Below, piece after piece: positions 15,168 to 23,525 of a DNA stretch of 26,480 bases. The stretch's first letter is position 1; every line of letters begins with the position of its first letter. Source of the stretch: Gemmatimonadaceae bacterium (GTDB taxonomy: Bacteria > Gemmatimonadota > Gemmatimonadetes > Gemmatimonadales > Gemmatimonadaceae); contig DATEGN010000024.1 in assembly GCA_035280125.1 (NCBI GenBank), positions 1 through 26,480 on the forward strand, in the 5' to 3' direction. The translations under genes and the position numbers were made by a program. The notes below the pieces were generated by a model that had not been told where the DNA came from, made no database searches, and saw nothing but the letters and a program-made list of their open reading frames with translations.

Positions 15168-15899
15168 CTATTGGAAGGTTTGCTCGGCGCGGTCTCCGAA
15201 GGTTGCGATGAGCAACTCGCTATCGGAGGTCACGTCGACACGCTCTGCCAGTTGCGTGGGCGGCGCGATGATGAGCGTGCTTCCTTTGCGCTCGACGAGC
15301 CCTTCGCCGGTGAGGCGACTCAGAACGAGCGATACGGACTCTCGCGTCGCCCCGACGAGCTCACACAACAGACGATAACGCGCAGTGCACAGCACGATCT
15401 TGCCGTCTTCACGGGTGAACGTCGCGTTATTCGCCATGCGCAGCAGCGTCGACACCATGCGCTGCTCGACACTCAACGTCGTGAGCTCACGAAGCTTGTC
15501 GAGGAGCGCCGCGCGCTCTGCCATCAATTGCGACACGAGTCCCAGTGCGTGTTGCGGCTGCTCACGCACGAACGCTCGAAAGCGCGTTGCGCTCAGGAAG
15601 AGCGTTTCGCTCTCGTCGTCGGCGCGCGCGTCCGTAGCGTACTTCGCGTTCGGAGCTAAACCCTCGGACCCGAAGGACTCACCGGGCGTCGCGATCCATG
15701 GCACGAAGCCGCGGCCCGCACGCACACGACTGCGCAGCACGACGCGCCCTCGGGTGACGACGAATACGCCGTCTGCGGCAGTGCCGCGCTGATAGATTGC
15801 GAAGCCTGCCGGCCATGATGCCCGCGCGGCGTAACCACCGAGTGCCTCGCGTTCCTGCGTAGACAATCGCGCAGGCCCCCCCGTCAACGTCTCACCCAC
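15168..15899 (-). CDS. Crp/Fnr family transcriptional regulator
   Basis: cNMP-binding barrel (IYQRGTAADGVFVVTRGRV...PGESFG), C-helix, SVEQRM, and HTH LCELVGATRESVSLVLSRLTGEGLV. GTG 15899 has GAGGG upstream. Confidence 0.9.
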   Translation of the reverse strand: MGETLTGGPARLSTQEREALGGYAARASWPAGFAIYQRGTAADGVFVVTRGRVVLRSRVRAGRGFVPWIATPGESFGSEGLAPNAKYATDARADDESETLFLSATRFRAFVREQPQHALGLVSQLMAERAALLDKLRELTTLSVEQRMVSTLLRMANNATFTREDGKIVLCTARYRLLCELVGATRESVSLVLSRLTGEGLVERKGSTLIIAPPTQLAERVDVTSDSELLIATFGDRAEQTFQ

Positions 15900-15925
15900 G
15901 ACCACCCTCGCTTCCGGCCGACGGT

Positions 15926-15940
15926 ATTGCAGGTTGCAAT
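15926..15940. promoter_or_regulatory. Inverted repeat ATTGCA-GGT-TGCAAT (candidate operator)
   Basis: Perfect 6-3-6 inverted repeat in the divergent region. TTGACA follows at 15954-15959, but no good -10 is seen. Confidence 0.35.
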
Positions 15941-16082
15941 GTCTGGGCCGCTCTTGACAGGCTGACGTTTCCATCCTGTTTTTGCAGGGTGCGCATACCC
16001 CGCGCATGAGGCCGCACCGACATCGACAATGAAGTCGATGTCCGTCGATTGCGTGTTGCGCGCCGGGAGGATCTCGAAGCTC

Positions 16083-17687
16083 ATGACGTTCGGCGCGCCC
16101 GAGAGCGGAACATCGGACAACGTGCGCATCCCGTCGATTGTCATACTCGGCGCAGATGCGCTTCTTGCGGCGCGTCCGGCAACGCCAATCCAACTCGCGC
16201 ATGCGTGCATGCAGGTTGGCTATCACACCGTCGTGCCGGCGAGTTGGGGAGACGAGCTCATCGCCGCAGCTTCGCTCCGTGCCTTACGACATCACGGACA
16301 TCTTCCCGCAATTCAATGCAGTTGTCCGCACGTTGCCGACCGATTGCTTTCCGCCGGCACAGACCTGCGACCGTTTCTTCTTTCGCTGGTTTCTCCACCA
16401 GTCGCACTCGCGCGTTATTTGAGGGCAGTGCATTCACCTCAGAAGTTGCACATCACGTACGTTGGCCAATGTCCGGGCGCGAAAGACGAATCCATTGACG
16501 CGCGACTCACGCCGGACGATCTGCTCGGAATCTTTGCCGACCATCACGTTGCGATCGAGCAGCAGCCCGACTACTTCGATTCGGTCATTCCTCCAGATCG
16601 TCGTCGTTATCGGTCGCAGCCCGGCGGGCTGCCGATAGCGGAGATGCTCTGGTCGGCCGATGGTAACGGAAGCGTCGCGGCACGATCGCTGGTCGAGATC
16701 TTCGGTGACGAGCTGCCGGTCGAGTTGGCGCAGCATCTTCTCGCGGGAAAACCGGCACTCATCGATGTTGCTCCCGCGTTAGGCTGCGTCTGCAGTGGTG
16801 CCGCCGACAACGTCGATCCGCTGCGCGCGCGCGCGCGCATTAGCGAGCTCGAGCCGCCACGCGCCAGCCATCCGATTCTCGACGAGACCATTGTCGCCGA
16901 AACGGCAGTGTCGGTGCCCGTTGCTGCGCGCAGCGCGATCGACCTGGTTTCCGCGTCAACCGCCCCGGTGGGCGTCGTGGCGGAGCTCAGCGCGCCTAAC
17001 GCGCCAGCTCCATTCGGTGACGAGGAGAGCGCGGGAATTCCAACCCTTTCGCGACGTGAGATCGAATCGGTTCTTTCGGACCATCCCATGCATGGCAGCC
17101 GTCGATACTCGCCGGCACGGGGTGTCGCGCGACTGAGCAGCGTTGGGCTACCGACGGCTCGCGCTGCGGATGGCCGCCAGTTGCCGCGCACCTACGTTGC
17201 GCGCCGACGATCACCAACGCGTCTCAACCGGACGACTCCGCCTGACGCGGCAGCTCCGATTGCATCGACCGCGGAGCTGCCGCGCGCAACCGACGCGTCA
17301 TCACTGGCTGCGCAACACGAGCCGGCGCGATCGGCGGCGCCGACGGTCGATTCACCGGCGACGAACATGGCCGAACCAGTCGCGCCGATCGCCTCGCCCA
17401 TCGAGATGCCACCGACGAGTGTCACGGAGCCCCCCGCGGCGCGCCGGTCAGCGCCGGTGCGGCACGTCGATGAGGAACGCGACAATAATTCCAGATTCGC
17501 CGAGCGAACGGTGGCACTGCCGGTCACACGTCAATCGGACGGACGCCCGCGCGAGGAGATCCTGCCGAAGCAAGCAGGAGACCGGCCTGTTATGCAATTG
17601 CTAACGCTCGGTCTCCTGATCTCCATGATCGTGCTCGTCAGCGTGACGGTCGGCGTTCTTGTTGGCCGTTGGATGACGCAGCGCTGA
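16083..17687 (+). CDS. [FeFe]-hydrogenase large-subunit C-terminal/Nar1-fold domain protein with Pro/Ala-rich linker and C-terminal TM anchor
   Basis: Motifs IQCSCPHV, SPPVALARYL, YVGQCPGAKDE, IDARLT and LGCVCSG occur in the order and spacing of H-domain motifs L1-L3. A low-complexity linker and the hydrophobic C-terminus LLTLGLLISMIVLVSVTVGVLVG follow. GGAGG before ATG 16083; an alternative ATG is at 16029. Confidence 0.7.
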   Translation: MTFGAPESGTSDNVRIPSIVILGADALLAARPATPIQLAHACMQVGYHTVVPASWGDELIAAASLRALRHHGHLPAIQCSCPHVADRLLSAGTDLRPFLLSLVSPPVALARYLRAVHSPQKLHITYVGQCPGAKDESIDARLTPDDLLGIFADHHVAIEQQPDYFDSVIPPDRRRYRSQPGGLPIAEMLWSADGNGSVAARSLVEIFGDELPVELAQHLLAGKPALIDVAPALGCVCSGAADNVDPLRARARISELEPPRASHPILDETIVAETAVSVPVAARSAIDLVSASTAPVGVVAELSAPNAPAPFGDEESAGIPTLSRREIESVLSDHPMHGSRRYSPARGVARLSSVGLPTARAADGRQLPRTYVARRRSPTRLNRTTPPDAAAPIASTAELPRATDASSLAAQHEPARSAAPTVDSPATNMAEPVAPIASPIEMPPTSVTEPPAARRSAPVRHVDEERDNNSRFAERTVALPVTRQSDGRPREEILPKQAGDRPVMQLLTLGLLISMIVLVSVTVGVLVGRWMTQR

Positions 17688-19788
17688 TCGCTCGCCGCGC
17701 CTCGGCGAGCGCGCGTGTCGCCTCATCGAAGCGCGCGGCGAGATCGGCGATTTCGCGCTTTGCGAGCGCCCGGTCACCACGTCGGATCGCCTCGTTCACA
17801 GTTGGAAGAGCCATGTTCGCGTAGCCGTTGTCCTCGTCCGCGACGTAGATGATGTTGCGAAACCAAGGTCGGCTACGCAGTCCCTCCGGCCGCGTCAGTG
17901 CGCGCTCCACTCGCATCAGCGCGCGATTGGTCTCCTCCAGCGCGTCCTTTCCCGCTGTCCCAGCGGCCAAGGCTGCATTGCGGGCGCTCGAGAAGCCGAC
18001 GGCCATCTCCTCCATGTGATCGATCGCTGCACGAAGAGGCTCGGTCGGTGACGTGTCGTCCCATTTTCGCTCGGAAAATGCACGATCGATCCTGGTGAGA
18101 TAATTCCGCATGGTACGCGCGAACTCGACGTAGTCGTAAGGCAGTACGTCGGCGTTGGCGACGCGCAGGACCATTCCAGCGGCGATGCGCGCTGCGGTCG
18201 CATGGTAGAGGAAGCCGGGATCGCCGAATTTCGACATCCAGTTGATGTCGTCGTACTGCGAGTGGTATACGCCGCCTGCGCCTCCAAAACCCCATTCGGC
18301 AATTGGAATTCCCAGGTGATTGTAGAACGGAGCGAAATCTGATCCTCCACCGGGATCGCCCATCGCCGGTTCGAGCGAATCTGCGACCGCAGCGGCTCGT
18401 CTCCACTCCGAGTACACGTCGCCATGACCATTCGGATCGGGTACTTCGCTCGCCACCGAGCGGATTGTCGGACGGAGCGAAGGCGAGCCGCCGCCATTGA
18501 AGCGCGGTCCCTGCGCGGCGACGTCCTGGTTGAAGTAGGCAACGGCGTTCTTCGTTAGGCGCAGCGAGTCGTCCTCGACGTATTCAACGGAGCCGATCAA
18601 GCCCCATTCTTCGGCGTCCCACGTCGCAAAGACAATCGTCCGCTTTGGTCGCATGCCGTTCTTCAATTGTTCTGCGACCGCACGTGCGGCCTCGAGGACA
18701 CTCACCGTTCCGCTCACGTTGTCAGCGGTGCCTGGGCCCCATGCGTCTCGATGCCCCCCGACGATTACCAGCTCCTCCGGAAATTCACTGCCACGGATGA
18801 TGCCGAAGGTATCGTAGATCGGCTTCAGTGCGTGCGCCGCGCGATCGTCGCGTACGACGACTCGTGCTCTCACCGGCCCGGGACCGACGTGATAGCGGAA
18901 CGGGAGGCCACCCTGCCAGGACTGCGGCACGTTGACTCCACGCACGTTTCTCAGCAGTTCGGCCGCGTTGCCGTAGCTCATCGGGACGACAGGAATGCGC
19001 GGAATGTCCATCTTGCTCTCGGGGAGCCGCGGCGCGTTTCGATTGCTCGGGTACGACGGAGTAGATGGATCGCCATCGCTGTTCAAGACACTGCCGCGCT
19101 GGACTCCGCCGGAGGGACGCATCGGTCCTTCAGGATAGACATCGCCGCGCACGAAGCCGTCGTCCTGTGGATCGCTGTAGATGATCAATGCCGCGGCGCC
19201 GTGGCGCTCGGCTTCGCGTGCCTTGATGCCGCGGAACGATCGGCCGTATCGGGCGACGGCGATCTTTCCCTTGACCGAGACGCCGAGCGAGTCGAGCTGC
19301 GCGTAATCCTCGATCAGGCCGTAATTGACGTACACCACCTCGCCCGTGACATCGCCCTGGCCGCTATAGCCGTTCACAGTGAGGTACTGCGCCTGTGAAG
19401 ATGCTGGGTCGTTCGGTACCGCTGGCTCGGCGAGATTGAGGCGAAGCGTGTCGGGAGCTACACGCCACACGCGTACGTCCGTCGCGTGAGGCATCCAGAT
19501 ATCGTAGCTGCGAACCTCGGTCTCGAGCCCCCATGCTTTCATCTGTGAAATCACATAGTCGCGGGTACGCGCCTGCGCAGCCGTGCCGGCCACGTGCACC
19601 TCGCGCGAGAGCGCACGTGAGTGTGCGGCCGCGTTCGTTGGGCTGGGTCGCTGGATAGCATCGGACTCTATTTCGCGCTCTCGGGCAGCCGTGGCCGGCG
19701 CATAGCCGACCAGGTTTTGTTGCGCTCCGAGAACAGACGACGAGATGGCCAGGGCGGCCGCAAGTAGAATCTGTGAGAGTTTGCTCAT
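17638..19788 (-). CDS. M28 family peptidase, glutamate carboxypeptidase II-like (PA domain and TfR-dimerisation domain), secreted
   Basis: Signal peptide, PA domain (YVNYGLIEDY, VKGKIAVARYG), Zn ligands GGHRDAW, ADNVSG, DAEEWG, NQDV and YHSQYD. Confidence 0.95.
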   Translation of the reverse strand: MSKLSQILLAAALAISSSVLGAQQNLVGYAPATAAREREIESDAIQRPSPTNAAAHSRALSREVHVAGTAAQARTRDYVISQMKAWGLETEVRSYDIWMPHATDVRVWRVAPDTLRLNLAEPAVPNDPASSQAQYLTVNGYSGQGDVTGEVVYVNYGLIEDYAQLDSLGVSVKGKIAVARYGRSFRGIKAREAERHGAAALIIYSDPQDDGFVRGDVYPEGPMRPSGGVQRGSVLNSDGDPSTPSYPSNRNAPRLPESKMDIPRIPVVPMSYGNAAELLRNVRGVNVPQSWQGGLPFRYHVGPGPVRARVVVRDDRAAHALKPIYDTFGIIRGSEFPEELVIVGGHRDAWGPGTADNVSGTVSVLEAARAVAEQLKNGMRPKRTIVFATWDAEEWGLIGSVEYVEDDSLRLTKNAVAYFNQDVAAQGPRFNGGGSPSLRPTIRSVASEVPDPNGHGDVYSEWRRAAAVADSLEPAMGDPGGGSDFAPFYNHLGIPIAEWGFGGAGGVYHSQYDDINWMSKFGDPGFLYHATAARIAAGMVLRVANADVLPYDYVEFARTMRNYLTRIDRAFSERKWDDTSPTEPLRAAIDHMEEMAVGFSSARNAALAAGTAGKDALEETNRALMRVERALTRPEGLRSRPWFRNIIYVADEDNGYANMALPTVNEAIRRGDRALAKREIADLAARFDEATRALAEARRAISAASSNGQQERRPSR

Positions 19789-19801
19789 TTGTAGATGGAT
19801 G

Positions 19802-20617
19802 TCATGCCACGGCCGCGCTAATGTTCAGCCGCCAGTAGTCGAGGATCAACGGGGGATCGTCTTGTTCCGCCTGGGCAACAAGCGTATCCAGGAATCGCTT
19901 GCGGAGATTGGGATGCGACAGCTTCGCGAGATACGGCCGTAGCACGACGGCTTCTACGAATGATCGATAGCGATCCGCATCGGGAAAACTCGTCGGTGCA
20001 TGCTCCAGCCAGCAATGCGCGGTGTGAAACCCCGCGCGTCGGAGCCGGACTTCAGTATCCCTCGGGCGCGCGAAGTGCCACGGCTCTCGCCAGCCAGAAA
20101 AACTCGCTTGAAATGCAGCCTCGGCAGCGAGGGCGTCGGCACGGGCATGGATGATAGCCAGGTTGGGTCCCCCACCGCATTGAGCTTCGAGGCGACCACC
20201 CTCGCGGAGGACGGCTCCCAGCTCAGAGAACAATTGATCGTGGTTCTGGATCCAGTGAAAAGTCGCGGTGCTAAAGACGAGATCGAAGGCGGCCTTGAAC
20301 GGTAGTGACGTCAGGTCAGCGCGAACGACGGAGGATATCGCGACGCCGCTCAACGTTTGCGCCGCCGCGCGAGCCATGTTTTCCGAGAGATCACACGCGA
20401 CCACGGATCCGGCGGGAATTCTCGAGGCGAGCTCTTTTGTCAGTCGGCCCGAGCCGCATCCCGCGTCGAGCACTTGCTCATTCCCGGCAAGCGAGACGCG
20501 CTCCAGGACTCGAAGGCCCCAAGCAGATTGCGGATCCGATACCGCGTGATACGCCGCGGCATTCCACTCCCGCGACGACGCCTCGCCGCCAGAGGAAGCG
20601 CCTCGATGATCAGTCAT
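19802..20617 (-). CDS. Class I SAM-dependent methyltransferase (trans-aconitate methyltransferase-like)
   Basis: WNAAAY, motif I VLDAGCGSG, CDLSENM, FDLVFSTATFHW, LREGGRL and LDYWRL. Confidence 0.9.
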   Translation of the reverse strand: MTDHRGASSGGEASSREWNAAAYHAVSDPQSAWGLRVLERVSLAGNEQVLDAGCGSGRLTKELASRIPAGSVVACDLSENMARAAAQTLSGVAISSVVRADLTSLPFKAAFDLVFSTATFHWIQNHDQLFSELGAVLREGGRLEAQCGGGPNLAIIHARADALAAEAAFQASFSGWREPWHFARPRDTEVRLRRAGFHTAHCWLEHAPTSFPDADRYRSFVEAVVLRPYLAKLSHPNLRKRFLDTLVAQAEQDDPPLILDYWRLNISAAVA

Positions 20618-21236
20618 ACTCCTCGAGCGCTTTGCGGATCACCGCGCGCAGCCGGTCCTCTCGTTGGTGATCCGCGGCCAGAGTACCGGCGAGCGCGCTG
20701 AAGTGCCGGACCATTTCAGCTTCGATGAATCGATCGCGATCGCCACGAACACCCAACTGCTCGAGCGAACGTTCCGCCAGCTGCCGCAGCAACGCGCGTG
20801 TCTCTCGATCCAGTGCCTCGAGTGAGGGAGGATCGGGCGGCGGCGGCGCGATCTCGCGCGCCCGCGTCGGCGAGCTCCAGAGCGCGTGGACGGGGGCAAG
20901 GGTAACGACAAAGGAGCCCGGTGTGTGCTCCCGATGGGAGGCGACTACGCCTCGCTGCTTGAGTCGATGAATCAATCCCTCGATGGCGCCCCGAACAACG
21001 GACACGCCGCCGGGACTGTTTTTCCCCCGTCCCGTGACGATCAGGACGTCCGTGGCCTCATCGCGACTCGATGCCTCGACCTGCTTCTGACGCAGCCACG
21101 CTTCGGCGCGCGCGACGGCTTCGGCAGGCGTGGGCAGGCCATCTCGCAAGTTTAGCGTTCGCCCATTGCCGTATTGGACTTCGTCGAATGCCTGACGAAG
21201 TCCGGAGAGCGGCGTTCCACGGCGAGATCGAGCCAT
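20610..21236 (-). CDS. Stand-alone Smr/MutS2-like domain protein with C-terminal helical extension
   Basis: TLNLRDGLPTPAEAVARAEAWL...VLIVTGRGKNSPGG...GSFVVTL follows the Smr fold pattern (LDLxG...IITGKG...G.GxxxV). Confidence 0.7.
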   Translation of the reverse strand: MARSRRGTPLSGLRQAFDEVQYGNGRTLNLRDGLPTPAEAVARAEAWLRQKQVEASSRDEATDVLIVTGRGKNSPGGVSVVRGAIEGLIHRLKQRGVVASHREHTPGSFVVTLAPVHALWSSPTRAREIAPPPPDPPSLEALDRETRALLRQLAERSLEQLGVRGDRDRFIEAEMVRHFSALAGTLAADHQREDRLRAVIRKALEEYD

Positions 21237-21280
21237 GACCTGGCCCGCTCAAGTCTGCTGCTGCGGCTGCATCGCCCACT

Positions 21281-22888
21281 TCATCGCAAGGCGCGTGTCA
21301 AAACATGACCGTCGAGCCGTTCGAGCGGCGGTACGCCGACGACTCTCGCGAGCGTCGGCGCGATATCGACGACGCGCGCGAACTCGTCATAGTGTCCGGG
21401 TCGAATGGCGCTCCCCCAGAAGAGGAGTGGCACGTGCGCATCCTCGTCGTTAGGCGTTCCGTGCGTGGCGATCGTCGTTCCGGCCCAATAGGCGAATGGC
21501 TCGAGGCTGATCACCAGTTCCACCGGGAGCTCGGGTGACAGCATGTGCAGCCAGCGCCGGGCAACCGCATCGCGCACCGTGTCGGCCTCAGCGAGTGTCC
21601 GCACGAATTCCACGCGTCCGATGCCCGGCACCTTGCGCGCGCGCTCCGCGAATTCTCGCAAGACCGAGTCCGCATCGACGTGCGCCTTCGCAAACGCGGC
21701 CCGATCGATCGTTACCATGCCCTCGGAGACCGTGAAGTCCGACGTGTCGAGGCCACGCTTCATGAGCTGTGTCATCGTCTCGTCGTAGAGCGGGTCGAGG
21801 TTTGCATAACGAGCGACGGCGCCCTTCGTGTGAGCCGCGTGAAGCGCCGGGAAGGGCTGAATCCCATGATCCGCCGTGAGCGCGACGACGATGCGTGTCG
21901 AGTCACGAAGCTTGAAGAGCGAATCGAAAAAGACGCCGAGATACCGATCGAGCCGAAGAATCTGGTCGTGAATCTCGCGAGAATCCGGACCGAATGCGTG
22001 TCCGACGGCGTCTGTTGTCGACAACGAGATCGCCAGGAGATCCGTCTGCGGCCCGCGTCCCAGCTTCAGTGCCTCCACGCCGGCGAGCGCGGCTTGGAGA
22101 GTGACCTCATCCATCATTGGATAGGCGGGCAGAGAACGCGCAGCAGCCTCGGAATCGGTGGGGAATGGATGAGGAAATACAACACCACGACCCTGGTTCT
22201 CGAGCGGGACGCTGTCCGGCTCTGGATACGCGCTTTCCGGGAGCAGAAGCGTCCAACGCTGACCCGCAAAGCGCTGCGGAAGTCGCCGCGCGTTAAAACG
22301 CTCGATCCATGACGGCATCGTATCGTGGTAGTAACTGCTCGTCGTGAAGTGGTCCGGCGCGTACCAGAACACCTGCTCGTGGGCACGGCCAAGCGGTAAG
22401 ATGGCGCCACGGTCCTTCCGCGAGATCGAGAGCGCGCGCGAGCGTTGATCCGCGACGCGCAGCCAGTCGATCAGTGTCGTTCCACGAAACCGAAACGGCG
22501 ACGCTCCCGGACCGCCGCCGCCGAGCAGTGGTGCGCGATCGTCCTGCACGCCCGCGCTGTTGGTCGTTATCCCGGTGCTTCGCGGGAAGCGACCCGAGAG
22601 AGTCGCCGAATGGCCGGGTGCCGTCTCGGTGATCGCGTGATCCTGATAAGCATTCTCGAACGCTGCGCCGGAACGATAGAGCCGTGCCAGACCGCCGGTG
22701 AGCTGCTTGTCGAACCGTGGCAGATAGTCGGAGCGCATCTGGTCGATCGTGAGGAACACGACCAGCAACGGCCTCGAGTTGGGTTGTTGCGCACAGGCGG
22801 TACTCGCCATGAGCATCGCGAACAGTGCTATCCACACGCTTCTCGTCAGCAAATGCCTAACACTCGACTCGCGCCTCACGAGCGGCAT
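21281..22888 (-). CDS. Alkaline phosphatase superfamily protein (PafA/PhoK type)
   Basis: TIDQMR, Thr nucleophile TETAPGHS, KDRGAI, TTDAVGH, LTADHG and THG. Signal peptide present. Exact start uncertain. Confidence 0.92.
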   Translation of the reverse strand: MPLVRRESSVRHLLTRSVWIALFAMLMASTACAQQPNSRPLLVVFLTIDQMRSDYLPRFDKQLTGGLARLYRSGAAFENAYQDHAITETAPGHSATLSGRFPRSTGITTNSAGVQDDRAPLLGGGGPGASPFRFRGTTLIDWLRVADQRSRALSISRKDRGAILPLGRAHEQVFWYAPDHFTTSSYYHDTMPSWIERFNARRLPQRFAGQRWTLLLPESAYPEPDSVPLENQGRGVVFPHPFPTDSEAAARSLPAYPMMDEVTLQAALAGVEALKLGRGPQTDLLAISLSTTDAVGHAFGPDSREIHDQILRLDRYLGVFFDSLFKLRDSTRIVVALTADHGIQPFPALHAAHTKGAVARYANLDPLYDETMTQLMKRGLDTSDFTVSEGMVTIDRAAFAKAHVDADSVLREFAERARKVPGIGRVEFVRTLAEADTVRDAVARRWLHMLSPELPVELVISLEPFAYWAGTTIATHGTPNDEDAHVPLLFWGSAIRPGHYDEFARVVDIAPTLARVVGVPPLERLDGHVLTRALR

Positions 22889-23021
22889 CGACGTTTCTCA
22901 GCTCCTGTGACTGGGTGATCAATAAACTCGCGCCGTGGTATCCGCATGACCTAATATGATGCGCGGACGCACGATTGTCGCTGTTCGATCTTCGGTCGGT
23001 GGAGTACGACGTGCCGGCGAC

Positions 23022-23525
23022 TCAGGCGGCGAGCGCGGCGTCGACGCGGAGAATCTTGGCGAAGCAGATCTCGTTGCACGCGAAGCGACGCGCGCAGCCC
23101 AGACAATCCCGGCGAATCTTCTCCGGATATCGCGCACGGTCTACACGCTGGTAGCCAATCGCTTCGAAGAACGCTGGCTGCAGCGTGAGCGCGAACACGT
23201 GCATGACTCCCCGCTTGGCGGCAAGCGCCTCGACGGCGGCGACGATGTCTCGTCCGAGGCCGTTGCCCTGCGCTTCGCGCGCCACGGCAATCGCCGCGAC
23301 TTCCGCGACCGAGGGCGAGTACTCCTTCAGCGCGCCACACGCCAGGATCCGGCCGCGCGAATCGACCGCGACGAGAAAATCATCGATCGCCAGAGCCACC
23401 TGTTCCGGCGTGCGCCGGAGCATCAGATGCTCGGCGGCGAAGATGTTGTTCAGCCGCGAGATCTCCGCCGCCTCCACCTCCCGAGCGGGACGGATGAGCA
23501 GATGCTCATCGTGGCTGGAGGTCAC
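23022..23525 (-). CDS. argA: Short GNAT-type amino-acid N-acetyltransferase (N-acetylglutamate synthase)
   Basis: AEVAAIAV...QGNGLG (GNAT motif A), VFALT..PAFF, and PEKIRRDC..C tail. GTG 23525 overlaps the argD stop, within the arg cluster. Confidence 0.8.
   Translation of the reverse strand: MTSSHDEHLLIRPAREVEAAEISRLNNIFAAEHLMLRRTPEQVALAIDDFLVAVDSRGRILACGALKEYSPSVAEVAAIAVAREAQGNGLGRDIVAAVEALAAKRGVMHVFALTLQPAFFEAIGYQRVDRARYPEKIRRDCLGCARRFACNEICFAKILRVDAALAA

Noticed and set aside
15900-16226. N-terminal Cys-containing extension of the Crp/Fnr ORF
   Set aside because: It would span the divergent promoter and overlap the opposite gene, and its composition is not protein-like. GTG 15899 has an SD. 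These Cys are therefore not counted as FNR ligands.
17638-17687. 50-bp overlap of convergent 3' ends
   Set aside because: Both frames end normally, and short convergent overlaps are common in GC-rich genomes.
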